Notes: a model not told the origin generated them from the letters alone. Shown: positions 10,976-20,634, numbered from the stretch's first letter. The stretch: DNA of 64,000 bases from a bacterium (GCA_023267635.1 JAHFMX010000001.1:83165-147164), one strand, 5' to 3'. A program made the numbers and translations.

Positions 10976-11227
10976 ATGTCTGGAGAACAAATTTTATCAA
11001 ACGTCGTTACTGAAATCTTCAGCCCGCTCTACCAAGCTGTTGTCGGTGTCGCTATTCTTTATTTTCTCTACGGTGTAGCAAAATATGTTCTTGATCTTAA
11101 TAATCCAGAAAAGCAGACATTTGGAAAGAGTCATCTTTTATGGGGAATGGTTGGACTCTTTATTATTCTTTCAGTCGGAGGGATATTAAGTGCTCTTAAT
11201 GAGTCACTTGGCGGAATGTTTAAATAA
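10976..11227 (+). CDS. Small pilin-like membrane protein
   Basis: ILYFLYGVAKYV...GKSHLLWGMVGLFIILSVGGI, paralogous pattern to upstream pilins. Confidence 0.7.
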   Translation: MSGEQILSNVVTEIFSPLYQAVVGVAILYFLYGVAKYVLDLNNPEKQTFGKSHLLWGMVGLFIILSVGGILSALNESLGGMFK

Positions 11228-11255
11228 AAAGCTAGTGTGCTAGAATGAGCAACAT

Positions 11256-12647
11256 ATGAACGGAACTGACATGAATGCAATGGAAAAAATCGTATCGCTT
11301 TGTAAGCGTCGAGGTTTTATTTTCCCTGGGTCTGAAATCTATGGAGGACTTGCTGGAACATTTGATTACGGGCCTCTTGGTGTATTACTCAAGAATAATA
11401 TTGAAAATAGTTGGTGGGATCATTTTGTTACCAATCGAGATGATATGTATGGAATTGACGCTGCTATTTTGATGAATCCACGAGCGTGGGAAGCAAGCGG
11501 GCACGTTGGAGGATTTTCTGATCCATTGGTTGAAGATCTTGAAACAAAGAAAAGATACCGAGCTGATCACCTTCTTGAAGCAAGTGGACACAGCGCCCTT
11601 GGCTTGAATCTTGAGGAACTTAATTCAAAAATCCAGGCACTAGCATTAGCTGGAAAGTTAGAAAATTCAGAGGGAACGGTGTTAAAGAAAATTGGCGAGG
11701 TACGACAGTTTAATATGATGTTTAAGACCCAAGTTGGAGCTACTGAAGATCCAACATCAATTTCCTATTTACGCCCAGAAACAGCAGGTGGTATGTTTGT
11801 TAATTTTAAAAATGTTGTTGATAGTTTCCACCCGAAACTTCCATTTGGTCTCGCTCAGATTGGAAAAGCATTCCGCAATGAAATTGCTCCTCGTGATTTT
11901 ATTTTTCGTCTACGAGAACTTGGACAGATGGAGATCGAATATTTTTGTCACCCTTCTAAATGGGAAGAGAGATTTGAACATCTTCGCACCGAGTTTCTTA
12001 CATGGATGATTTCTATTGGATTACCAGAATCAAAAATACATGAAGTGGAAATTGGGGATGGGGACAGAGCTCACTATAGTAAACGCACAATTGATTTTGA
12101 ATTTGATTTTCCTATGGGGCAGAAAGAACTTGCGGGGCTAGCTTACCGTACAGACTTTGATTTGAAGGCGCATAGCGAATACAGCAAAACTGACCTTTCT
12201 TATTTTGATGAAGAAACAAAAGAGCGATTTATTCCACACTGTATTGAACCATCTATTGGAATTGAGAGAACATTTCTTGCTGTTCTTTCGTCTGCGTATA
12301 ATGAAGAAGAGATTGACGGAGAAATTAGAACAGTGCTTCGTTTTAATCCAAAAGTTGCTCCAATCCAGATCGCGGTGCTCCCACTTTCGAAAAAAGAAGA
12401 ACTTTCAGTTCCTGCAGAAAAAATTGCTAAAGATCTTAAAAAGATTGCACGAGTGTCATATGATGAAACGCAGTCAATTGGAAAGCGATATCGTCGTCAG
12501 GATGAAATTGGTACACCATTTTGCGTGACCGTTGACTTCGATACGCTCACTGATAACGCCGTAACAGTCCGTGATCGCGATACGATGGAACAAGTCCGTA
12601 TCCCAGTGGCTGATTTAGCTTCTTATTTTTCAGATAAACTTGTTTAA
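11256..12647 (+). CDS. glyQS: Glycine--tRNA ligase (alpha2 type)
   Basis: LCKRRGFIF, DYGPLG, YLRPETA, FRNEI, HCIEPSIG, SIGKRYRRQDEIGTP. Confidence 0.97.
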   Translation: MNGTDMNAMEKIVSLCKRRGFIFPGSEIYGGLAGTFDYGPLGVLLKNNIENSWWDHFVTNRDDMYGIDAAILMNPRAWEASGHVGGFSDPLVEDLETKKRYRADHLLEASGHSALGLNLEELNSKIQALALAGKLENSEGTVLKKIGEVRQFNMMFKTQVGATEDPTSISYLRPETAGGMFVNFKNVVDSFHPKLPFGLAQIGKAFRNEIAPRDFIFRLRELGQMEIEYFCHPSKWEERFEHLRTEFLTWMISIGLPESKIHEVEIGDGDRAHYSKRTIDFEFDFPMGQKELAGLAYRTDFDLKAHSEYSKTDLSYFDEETKERFIPHCIEPSIGIERTFLAVLSSAYNEEEIDGEIRTVLRFNPKVAPIQIAVLPLSKKEELSVPAEKIAKDLKKIARVSYDETQSIGKRYRRQDEIGTPFCVTVDFDTLTDNAVTVRDRDTMEQVRIPVADLASYFSDKLV

Positions 12648-12692
12648 GCGGTGGTTGCGTAGAGTTAAGAAATACTGTATAATATACACATT

Positions 12693-12854
12693 ATGGCAAA
12701 AGGACAGGATAATCTCATCCAATTAAAAAACAAGGAAACAGGCGAAGTCTACTGGACTTCAAAGAACAAGAAGCTTGTTACTCGAAAGATTGAACTTAAG
12801 AAGTATTCAAAGAAACTTCGTAAGCACATTACTTTCAAGGAAACAAAGAAGTAG
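12693..12854 (+). CDS. rpmG: 50S ribosomal protein L33, Cys-free type (not in ORF track)
   Basis: Manual translation MAKGQDNLIQLKNKETGEVYWTSKNKKLVTRKIELKKYSKKLRKHITFKETKK. Confidence 0.92.
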   Translation: MAKGQDNLIQLKNKETGEVYWTSKNKKLVTRKIELKKYSKKLRKHITFKETKK

Positions 12855-12862
12855 TAGTCCCT

Positions 12863-12892
12863 AAAAATCACTGTCCAAAACAGTGATTTTTT
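12863..12892 (+). terminator. Rho-independent terminator after rpmG
   Basis: aaaaatcactgt ... acagtgatttttt. Confidence 0.7.
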
Positions 12893-12903
12893 GTTAGTAT
12901 TCA

Positions 12904-13058
12904 GTGGTTGGAAGAAAAGCACTGTGTAGCATAGGGATGAGGCCCTGAAGCGAGTGTGTAGTTGTTCCCTTCAATGGGAATGGTTCATGCTATCGCATCG
13001 CCAGATGCCGTGGAGCCGCAATATGAAATACTCCCCTGTGGTTTTCTTTCAACACCAC
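12904..13058 (+). ncRNA. Candidate structured non-coding RNA (6S-like rod) upstream of tRNA-Trp
   Basis: 5'/3' closing stem gttggaagaaaa/ttttctttcaac, terminal hairpin around ttccc-ttcaat-gggaa, upstream TGtTAGTAT, no ORF on this strand. Confidence 0.5.
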
Positions 13059-13061
13059 TTT

Positions 13062-13132
13062 GGGCCTATAGTTTAATGGTAGAACAACGGCCTCCAAATC
13101 CGTTGGTCGAAGTTCGATTCTTCGTGGGCCCG
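13062..13132 (+). tRNA. tRNA-Trp (CCA anticodon), CCA end not encoded
   Basis: Acceptor GGGCCTA/TGGGCCC, D-arm GTTTAATGGTAGAAC, loop CTCCAAA, T-arm CGAAG-TTCGATT-CTTCG. Confidence 0.95.
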
Positions 13133-13135
13133 CTG

Positions 13136-13174
13136 AAATAAAAATACTGCACGCACTGTGCGGTGTTTTTATTT
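13136..13174 (+). terminator. Terminator after tRNA-Trp
   Basis: aaataaaaatactgcac-gcact-gtgcggtgtttttattt. Confidence 0.7.
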
Positions 13175-13218
13175 GTATTCCCCAGAGCATTTTTCTAAAA
13201 CAGGTTATACTTTAAAGC

Positions 13219-14274
13219 ATGGATAAAAAACTTCGTGTTGGTATTAATGGATTTGGTCGCATTGGTCGCGCTTTCTTTAAAGTTGCTGCACTTAGGGACG
13301 ATATGGAAGTTGTAGCAGTAAATGATTTAGGGGACATTCACAATCTCGCGTATCTTCTTCAGTACGACACAGTCTACAAAGTTGCGCCATATGACGTGCA
13401 AGCAGAGATTCATGACACCGAGCAATACCTCACAACTGGAGGTTCATTTGAATCACGTGTGCGAGTGTTTCAGGAAAAAGACCCTGCCGCTATTCCATGG
13501 GGAACACTTGATGTAGATGTTGTAGTTGAATCAACTGGACTCTTTACAGCGTATGACAAAGCTTCAGCTCATCTGAAAGGTGGAGCTAAAGCAGTTGTTA
13601 TTTCTGCTCCAGCAAAAGCAGGAGAAGATGAAAGTGTTAAAGGGGAAACAATTCTTCTTGGAGTGAATGAAGAAAAATTTGGAACATGCTCTGTTACTTC
13701 AAATGCGTCATGTACAACAAATGCTTCTTCTCCAATCATTGCGATTCTTGATGAGGCACTTGGTATTGAGAAAGCTATTTTAAATACTGTGCACTCTTAC
13801 ACTGCATCACAATCAATCGTGGACGGTCCAAATAAAAAAGATTTTCGTGAAGGTCGTGCAGCAGCACAGAATATTGTCCCATCATCCACGGGGGCGGCAA
13901 TTGCAGTAACAAAAGCATTCACATCGTTAGTTGGACTCTTCGACGGTATTTCAATCCGTGTACCAACTCCAGCAGGCTCGATTGCAGATATTACCTTTAT
14001 CTCAAAACGACCCACAACAGCTGAAGAAGTTAATAAGATATTACAAGATGCTGCAGCAACTGAGCGATGGTCTTCTATTTTCCAAGCTACAGAAGAGGAA
14101 CTTGTTTCAAGTGATATCATCGGACTTCCTTTTGCTTCTATTGCAGATCTTAAAATGACTCGCGTGGTTGGTGGTAACCTTGTTAAGGTTCTTGCGTGGT
14201 ATGACAATGAAATGGGGTATACGCATACTTTAGTAGAACATGTGCATCGTGTAGGGCAAAAGTTGGTCAAATAG
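13219..14274 (+). CDS. gap: Type I glyceraldehyde-3-phosphate dehydrogenase
   Basis: GINGFGRIGR, SNASCTTN, WYDNE. Confidence 0.98.
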   Translation: MDKKLRVGINGFGRIGRAFFKVAALRDDMEVVAVNDLGDIHNLAYLLQYDTVYKVAPYDVQAEIHDTEQYLTTGGSFESRVRVFQEKDPAAIPWGTLDVDVVVESTGLFTAYDKASAHLKGGAKAVVISAPAKAGEDESVKGETILLGVNEEKFGTCSVTSNASCTTNASSPIIAILDEALGIEKAILNTVHSYTASQSIVDGPNKKDFREGRAAAQNIVPSSTGAAIAVTKAFTSLVGLFDGISIRVPTPAGSIADITFISKRPTTAEEVNKILQDAAATERWSSIFQATEEELVSSDIIGLPFASIADLKMTRVVGGNLVKVLAWYDNEMGYTHTLVEHVHRVGQKLVK

Positions 14275-14298
14275 GGCCTTTACAGACAGTGTCTATAG

Positions 14299-14397
14299 AA
14301 TTTTCAATTTCTAGTTTTCAATTTTCAATAAAAATCTAATGTAAACAATTAAAACATTATATATTGATTAGAAATTTAAAATTCCAAATTTAAAATT
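14299..14397 (+). repeat. Heptamer inverted-repeat element, empty copy A
   Basis: AATTTTC AATTTCT AGTTTTC AATTTTC ... ATTGATT AGAAATT TAAAATT CCAAATT TAAAATT. Confidence 0.8.
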
Positions 14398-14417
14398 AGC
14401 CTGCTATACTATTTCAT

Positions 14418-14885
14418 ATGACAACTATCTATTTGGCTACAGATCATGCGGGCTATGAATTAAAAGAAGCAATTAAAGCGTGCCTTGAAACAACCGAGAA
14501 TTACGAAGTCTATGACTGTGGGGCGCTCACTCTAGAGCCAGGGGATAACTATCCAGAGTATATGGCTCGTGCGGCAGAGAAGGTGCAGTACGATTCGATG
14601 CATGATCCATCGGTCGCTATTATTTTTGGAGGTTCGGGAGTAGGGGAAGCTATTGTTGCGAATCGTTATGCTCATGTGCGCGCTGTCGTCTACGCTGGAG
14701 GACCACTCGATGTCATCAAGGTATCACGTGAACATAATGATACAAATGTGCTTTCTTTAGGTGCTCGTTTTGTTTCAGGAAGTGAAGCTAAACAAGCGGT
14801 AGATCTTTTTCTTACGACGCTCTTCTCTCATGATGAACGACATGCTGATCGAGTAATTCAGATCGACGAGGTAACAAGTAAGTAG
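14418..14885 (+). CDS. rpiB: Ribose-5-phosphate isomerase B (Cys-less GGSGxGE type)
   Basis: DHAGYELK, GGSGVGE, SREHNDTNVLSLGAR, RH. Confidence 0.93.
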   Translation: MTTIYLATDHAGYELKEAIKACLETTENYEVYDCGALTLEPGDNYPEYMARAAEKVQYDSMHDPSVAIIFGGSGVGEAIVANRYAHVRAVVYAGGPLDVIKVSREHNDTNVLSLGARFVSGSEAKQAVDLFLTTLFSHDERHADRVIQIDEVTSK

Positions 14886-14886
14886 T

Positions 14887-15891
14887 ATGGAACATGCACC
14901 ATTTTCTAATCAAGGGTTAGAGCCAGAACGTTTAGAAAAGGAAGAGGGTTTGTGGGTTCAAAAAAGAGAACAAGTAGAAGATTTTCTAAAAAATGAAATA
15001 GATTTTACTGCCATAGGTGACATAATTGGGGAGATGTATTTTAAGTCTCGTCCCGACGCTCCAGAACGAGGACAAGATGATTTACGCAAGTATAGATTTA
15101 GTAATATTTATGATCCAAAGTATGAAGTGCAGTATGTTTATAGTGATAACGGTAAAGCTGTAACAGCTCAGGCTAAAAAGGGGAGAATACATTTCTCAGC
15201 ACGGTCTTTTTTTGAAAATAACGAACTGAATCGAGCGTTGCTGCTTCATGTAACTATTCATGAATTATGCCACCTCGCTTCTTTAACGGTTTCTTTTGAC
15301 TCAAAAACAGAACGCACGCAATTGAGCGGAGTATCATCCGTAACATATAATGTTCAAGCGTTAAGAGAGGATACTGTAGAGGGAAAAGATAAAGAATTAG
15401 AAGTATTATTTAGTGGGCTTAACGAAGGAATTACTGAGTTCGTTTCAGATGCGGTGTATAGTGAATACCTTGCGCGAACTGGTAAAGTTTTGGAAACTGT
15501 ATACCAAAAAGGATTTGTAACTAACGAGGTTCATGGTTTGATTGAAACACCAGTAACATATTATGATGAAAGAATTGCAGCTTACGAATTAATTGAAAAG
15601 ATAAGTCAGGAAAGTGAACTACCCATGGAGACCGTAACAGAAGGTTTCGTTCAAGCCTATTTAAGGAATGAACGACTTGATTCAGAAGACTTGTTAAGTT
15701 TTTTTGATGAAGATTCAAAAGCTGTATTATTTTTGAATAAATTAAAAGGTAATGATATTGCAAAACATGAGCACGATAAACAGCGTTTTTTGGTAGATAT
15801 TTTACCTAATACAGAAAGGATTTTTGTAAAGGCTTTATTTGGTAGAGATGTGGTTGGGACGTATAATAAGAATATAATAGAGTCTCTATAA
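14887..15891 (+). CDS. Putative zinc metallopeptidase (gluzincin-like)
   Basis: HELCH (HExxH) and downstream LNEGITE third-ligand motif. Confidence 0.65.
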   Translation: MEHAPFSNQGLEPERLEKEEGLWVQKREQVEDFLKNEIDFTAIGDIIGEMYFKSRPDAPERGQDDLRKYRFSNIYDPKYEVQYVYSDNGKAVTAQAKKGRIHFSARSFFENNELNRALLLHVTIHELCHLASLTVSFDSKTERTQLSGVSSVTYNVQALREDTVEGKDKELEVLFSGLNEGITEFVSDAVYSEYLARTGKVLETVYQKGFVTNEVHGLIETPVTYYDERIAAYELIEKISQESELPMETVTEGFVQAYLRNERLDSEDLLSFFDEDSKAVLFLNKLKGNDIAKHEHDKQRFLVDILPNTERIFVKALFGRDVVGTYNKNIIESL

Positions 15892-15915
15892 AACTACCAA
15901 CATCTAATTTAGTAT

Positions 15916-16590
15916 ATGAATATCGTCCCTGCAATTCTTACGTATAGTTTTGAAGAAGTGAAAGAAAAACTTTCACGCCTTGAAGGGCTGGTGACACATG
16001 TTCAAATTGATGTGTGTGATGGAGTGTTTGGAATGTATAAAACTTGGCTCCCAGAAGGGGAAGATGGGGCAGAAGTATTATCTTCTGATTTCACGTACCA
16101 GTTCGATGTTATGGTTGATGATTGGCGAGTGTACATTCCACGGTGCCTTGCACATAAAGCTTCTTCTATTGTGGCTCACGTAGATATGTTTTCAGATCAG
16201 GATCTTGCTGATTTAGTTGCCATGGTTTCTCCGGCCACTATACCGCTCGGTATTTCTGTTTCAAATGATAAAGATGTTGAACTGCACGCTGAAGCTATAC
16301 GTAAAATACAAACCATGTACCCAAATGTATTCATTCAGGTAATGGGTATTCCTCATGTGGGCGCGCAGGGTCAGTTCTTTGATGAACAAGCACCAGTCCG
16401 TGTAAAAGCGCTTAAGCAACAATTTAGTAATCTTCTTATTCAAGTTGATGGAGGCATGAGACCAGAAACGGTTGCGTCTGTTGTTCACAGTGGTGCTGAA
16501 ACAGTTGTAGTTGGTTCTTTTTTGTTTGCTTCTTCAGATATTGGGAGTGCGCTTAAAAAATTAGAACTCCTCGAGTGTAATTCTATCTAG
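15916..16590 (+). CDS. rpe: Ribulose-phosphate 3-epimerase, divergent
   Basis: IVPAIL, QIDVCDGVF, QVMGI...GAQGQ, IQVDGG, VVGS; located in PPP cluster. Confidence 0.85.
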   Translation: MNIVPAILTYSFEEVKEKLSRLEGLVTHVQIDVCDGVFGMYKTWLPEGEDGAEVLSSDFTYQFDVMVDDWRVYIPRCLAHKASSIVAHVDMFSDQDLADLVAMVSPATIPLGISVSNDKDVELHAEAIRKIQTMYPNVFIQVMGIPHVGAQGQFFDEQAPVRVKALKQQFSNLLIQVDGGMRPETVASVVHSGAETVVVGSFLFASSDIGSALKKLELLECNSI

Positions 16591-16660
16591 AACAGTGTAG
16601 TGCACATTTTCTGTGAACTAGACGCTCTCGTAAGAGCACCTCACACTGTATACTGTAGGC

Positions 16661-17527
16661 ATGCATTCTCTTACTGATGTTGAAGTTCAAGCGCTCACAC
16701 TTCGTGCAGAGGATATACGTGAAAGTATCGTAAAGATGCTTGTTGAAGCGGGTTCAGGTCATACAGCTGGTCCGCTCGGTATGGCAGATGTTTTTACTGC
16801 GCTTTATTTTAGAATACTTAACCATAATCCGCGTCATCCAGACTGGATTCAGCGTGACCGCGTAATTCTTTCAAATGGACATATTGTTCCTGTGCTCTAT
16901 GCAACTATGGCTCACGCTGGATATTTTTCAGTGTCAGAACTTAAAACGTTACGAAGATTCGGGTCACGTCTGCAAGGGCATCCACATCGAGAAAGTCTAC
17001 CAGGACTTGAAACAACCTCAGGCCCTCTTGGGTGTGGACTTTCTCAAGCAATTGGTATGGCGCTCATGGATCGCCTCGAAGGACACAAGCCAAATCGTTA
17101 TTTCTATTGTTTGATGAGTGACGGAGAATTAGACGAAGGACAAAATTGGGAATCATTGCTTCTTCTTAACAAATACAAGTTAACAAAAGTAATTCCTATT
17201 ATTGATCGCAATACTATTCAAATTGATGGGTACACAGAAGATGTGCTCCCACTGGAATCTCTTAAGGATAAATTAGAGAGTTTTAATTTTCATGTGATAG
17301 AAATTGACGGTCATGATTTTAGAGATATTATGAGAGCTGTTGGAGCTGCTAAAAATTCATTGGATAAACCAACCGTAATCATTGCACACACCATCCCTGG
17401 AAAAGGGGTTACAGCATTTGAAGGTGATTTTAGGTGGCACGGAAAAACTCCGAATGAAGAAGAAGCAAAGAAAGCTTTGAAAGAACTTCGTACATTTAAG
17501 GGGAAGGTACTACACGGAGAAGCTTAA
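16661..17527 (+). CDS. Transketolase N-terminal (TPP-binding) subunit
   Basis: GSGHTAG, RDRVILSNGH, LQGHP, SDGELDEG...NTIQIDG, WHG. Confidence 0.93.
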   Translation: MHSLTDVEVQALTLRAEDIRESIVKMLVEAGSGHTAGPLGMADVFTALYFRILNHNPRHPDWIQRDRVILSNGHIVPVLYATMAHAGYFSVSELKTLRRFGSRLQGHPHRESLPGLETTSGPLGCGLSQAIGMALMDRLEGHKPNRYFYCLMSDGELDEGQNWESLLLLNKYKLTKVIPIIDRNTIQIDGYTEDVLPLESLKDKLESFNFHVIEIDGHDFRDIMRAVGAAKNSLDKPTVIIAHTIPGKGVTAFEGDFRWHGKTPNEEEAKKALKELRTFKGKVLHGEA

Positions 17528-17531
17528 TACT

Positions 17532-18518
17532 ATGTTACGAAAAACTTTATTTACAGTCAAAGAAGAAGAGCGAGCCACACGAGATGGTTTTAGTGATGGG
17601 CTTGTACAAGCAGCAGATGATAACTCAAAAGTTGTTGCTCTTTGTGCTGACTTAACAGAGAGTGTACGTATGGAGGCGTTTCGTACAAAGTATCCAAATA
17701 GATTTTTCGAAGTAGGTATTACTGAGCAAGCGATGTCGGGTGTGGCAAGTGGTATGGCTGCGATGGGATATGTTCCTTTCATGGCATCCTACGCCATGTT
17801 TTCTCCCGGAAGAAACTGGGAGCAAATCCGTACCACCATCGCGTACAATAATGTGCCAGTGAAAATAGTTGGAGCTCACACTGGATTATCTGTTGGGCCT
17901 GACGGGGCAACACATCAAGCGCTCGAAGATATAGCGCTCATGCGTATGGTTCCAAATATGGAAGTGTTTGTTCCGTGTGATGCGATTGAAGCAACAGCAA
18001 TCACGCAGCATATTGCAAAAACAGTAAAACCTTCATATCTTCGCCTCACTCGTGAAAAGACACCGCTGATTCTTTCAGACGAATATGAATGGAATGGTGG
18101 CAAGGCATACATCATGTCATTTCCACGACACAAGCATGGAGGGGATTTTATGCATTCAGTGGGGATTATTGCATGTGGTCCTGTTATCTATGAAGCGCTT
18201 AAAGCGGCAAAAGAATTAGAAAAAGAAAATATAGGAGTAACGGTGGTAAATATGCCACAAGTAAAACCACTTGATGGTGGGTTCCTTCTTCGTTTTGCAA
18301 AAGATGTGAAGGCCATTGTTACGGTTGAAGAGGCTCAGACAGCAGGAGGGTTGGGTGGCGCGGTTTCAGAATTTTTAAGTGAACATCATCCAATTCGTAT
18401 TATCCGTGTTGGAGTTGAAGATAGATTTGGACAATCAGGGAAACCACAAGAATTATATGAGGAGTACGGTCTTACAGCAAAACATATTGCTGAAAAAATA
18501 CGATCAGTGATCAGATAG
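17532..18518 (+). CDS. Transketolase C-terminal subunit
   Basis: EVGITEQ, GPDGATHQALED, VTVEE, DRFGQSG. Confidence 0.93.
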   Translation: MLRKTLFTVKEEERATRDGFSDGLVQAADDNSKVVALCADLTESVRMEAFRTKYPNRFFEVGITEQAMSGVASGMAAMGYVPFMASYAMFSPGRNWEQIRTTIAYNNVPVKIVGAHTGLSVGPDGATHQALEDIALMRMVPNMEVFVPCDAIEATAITQHIAKTVKPSYLRLTREKTPLILSDEYEWNGGKAYIMSFPRHKHGGDFMHSVGIIACGPVIYEALKAAKELEKENIGVTVVNMPQVKPLDGGFLLRFAKDVKAIVTVEEAQTAGGLGGAVSEFLSEHHPIRIIRVGVEDRFGQSGKPQELYEEYGLTAKHIAEKIRSVIR

Positions 18519-18553
18519 ATAAAAAGCGCGCCTCATAGGCGCGCTTTTTATCT
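18517..18553. terminator. Bidirectional terminator between convergent tkt and pfkB
   Basis: agataaaaagcgcgcct-cat-aggcgcgctttttatct. Confidence 0.85.
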
Positions 18554-18560
18554 GCACTCT

Positions 18561-19562
18561 TTAAAGTATTACTAGTTTGTAACTCTCAGGGGCTTTTTGT
18601 AAAAATTCCTCAATTGCTTTCTCGGAAAGAAGCCCTTCTTGAGCCCCGATATGCTGCACAACATTCATACTGTTAATTGGCGCGCGGTTGATTGCGTAAA
18701 TAGGATCATACCCTTTAACAAGATATGCAATGAAGGTTGAGAAAAAAGCGTCTCCTGCACCAGTGCGCTCAAGCGGCGGCGCAATGTCTGGGTAGATTGG
18801 CATATTGAAATAGGTATGATCATATTTCATATAGGCGCCGAGAGGTCCGTCGGTAATAATAACAGTCGACGGGCCGAGTGCTTCTAATCCATCCAGTAGT
18901 TTTTTTATATCATGTTCATCACTTTCAAGTAAGACTTGGGCTTCTTCTTTATTAACACATACAACATCTGTTTCTTTGTAGAGCTCTGTATTCTTTCCCA
19001 TCTTGAGTTGAAATGTTCCTGGCTGAAACGCTACGCGTACATCTGGATTATTTTTTACATACGCTGTCAGCTCGTCGTGGAAGCTTTCAGTGTGAGCACC
19101 TAGCGAAGAGATGTACAACCAAGTAGGGGAACCAATTGCTGGAAGGGAATAATCAAACGCTTCGTGTTTTACAAGAATGGTTCGATCATCACCATACCAT
19201 AGTACGTAGTGATAGTTAGTTTTTTTACCAGCTTGCAGTTGTATGAAATCGCTCAGCACACCTTCTTTAACAAGCGTTTCTCTACAGAGATTTCCATAAG
19301 CGTCCTCACCTAACCATGTGAGAAGGGAAGAGTGTACACCTAAGCGCGCAGCTGAAACCGCAGCGTTGGCGCTGTTTCCGACACCAGCAATAAGAGTAGC
19401 GCTTTCGTAAGGAACTTTTGCGCCGTATGGAATACAAAGTTCAGGACCATTAGCTGTTTCTTGCACATGTCCCACAGAAAGCTTGATGAAAGGTTCAATA
19501 ACTGTATCACCAACCGCGAGGAATGTTCCTGTATTTGTTGCACTATTTTCCTTATCTGTCAT
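18561..19562 (-). CDS. PfkB/ribokinase-family carbohydrate kinase
   Basis: GNSANAAVSAARLG, NKEEA, ITDGPLGA, RTGAGDAF. Confidence 0.92.
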   Translation of the reverse strand: MTDKENSATNTGTFLAVGDTVIEPFIKLSVGHVQETANGPELCIPYGAKVPYESATLIAGVGNSANAAVSAARLGVHSSLLTWLGEDAYGNLCRETLVKEGVLSDFIQLQAGKKTNYHYVLWYGDDRTILVKHEAFDYSLPAIGSPTWLYISSLGAHTESFHDELTAYVKNNPDVRVAFQPGTFQLKMGKNTELYKETDVVCVNKEEAQVLLESDEHDIKKLLDGLEALGPSTVIITDGPLGAYMKYDHTYFNMPIYPDIAPPLERTGAGDAFFSTFIAYLVKGYDPIYAINRAPINSMNVVQHIGAQEGLLSEKAIEEFLQKAPESYKLVIL

Positions 19563-19590
19563 GAACGTATGGTATCACGAACTTCTTGTT

Positions 19591-19715
19591 CCAGAGTGTG
19601 TAAAAACTCCTGAGGCAAGGCGTGCGAGTGAGGAATCATGAGGACGTACAACCTCGTACGTTGAATGGTTCCAAGCGAAGTGAAGCGTAGTATCAGGAGT
19701 TTTTACACACTCTGG
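19591..19715 (+). repeat. GTAC-core palindromic element with perfect 23-bp terminal inverted repeats
   Basis: ccagagtgtgtaaaaactcctga / tcaggagtttttacacactctgg enclosing acGTAC-aacctc-GTACgt. Confidence 0.8.
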
Positions 19716-19729
19716 TATACTGTATTGAT

Positions 19730-20620
19730 ATGATGAAGCTTCCGCCCCAATCCAACCATTATTTAGACACGATTCTCGCATACAAAAAAGAAGGCAAAGC
19801 AATCGCACATTTTAATATTTCAAATCTTGATCAAGCACGAGCAATTGCAGACGTTGCACAAGAGTTGCAGCAGCCAGTTATTATTGGTGTGAGTGAAGGG
19901 GAGCGTGAGTACATTGGAGTAAAGATGGTACGTACAGTAATCGAAGAGCTTAATGAGGAATATGCTATCCCAATTTTTTTAAACGCTGATCATACCTACA
20001 CACTCGAAAAAGTAATGGAAGCAGTAGAAGCTGGATACGATAGTGTTATAGTGGACGGTGCAAAACTTCCATATGAAGAGAACGTGGCGTTAGTACGAAT
20101 CTGTACAGATGCCGTTCGTATGTATGAAGAAAAAACAGGTAAGCGTGTTTTGGTTGAAGCAGAACTTGGGTACATTGGTCAGTCATCATCTTTGAATCAG
20201 TCTCTTCCAGAGGGAGTAAGTGAGGCGAACCTTACTACGGTTGAACAAGCTAAGGATTTTGTTATTCGGACAGGAATAGATATGTTCGCACCAGCAATTG
20301 GAAATGTGCATGGAATGCTTGTTGACGCAGAGGAGCCAAAGCTTCATATTGATCGTCTTAAAGAAATTGCAGCTGCAATAGATATACCACTCGTACTCCA
20401 CGGAGCAAGTGGAAATACAGATGAAGACTTACGTGCAGCAATTGATGCAGGAATTGCACTTGTTCACATCAACACAGAAATTAGAAAAGCCTTCCGTGAT
20501 GGGGAAATGAATTATTTGGAAGAGCATCCAAATGAAGTTGCGCCGTATAAGTTTGGAAAGGAAGGACAAGAAGAAATGAAGAAGGTAGTGCGTGCGAAGA
20601 TGGAGTTATACGCTAAATAA
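19730..20620 (+). CDS. fba: Class II fructose-bisphosphate aldolase
   Basis: HFNISN, NADH, VEAELG, AIGNVHG, LVLHGASG, HINTE. Confidence 0.93.
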   Translation: MMKLPPQSNHYLDTILAYKKEGKAIAHFNISNLDQARAIADVAQELQQPVIIGVSEGEREYIGVKMVRTVIEELNEEYAIPIFLNADHTYTLEKVMEAVEAGYDSVIVDGAKLPYEENVALVRICTDAVRMYEEKTGKRVLVEAELGYIGQSSSLNQSLPEGVSEANLTTVEQAKDFVIRTGIDMFAPAIGNVHGMLVDAEEPKLHIDRLKEIAAAIDIPLVLHGASGNTDEDLRAAIDAGIALVHINTEIRKAFRDGEMNYLEEHPNEVAPYKFGKEGQEEMKKVVRAKMELYAK

Positions 20621-20634
20621 TAAAGAAATAGTTT

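Noticed and set aside
12990-13190. 66-aa minus-strand ORF
   Set aside because: Antisense to tRNA-Trp
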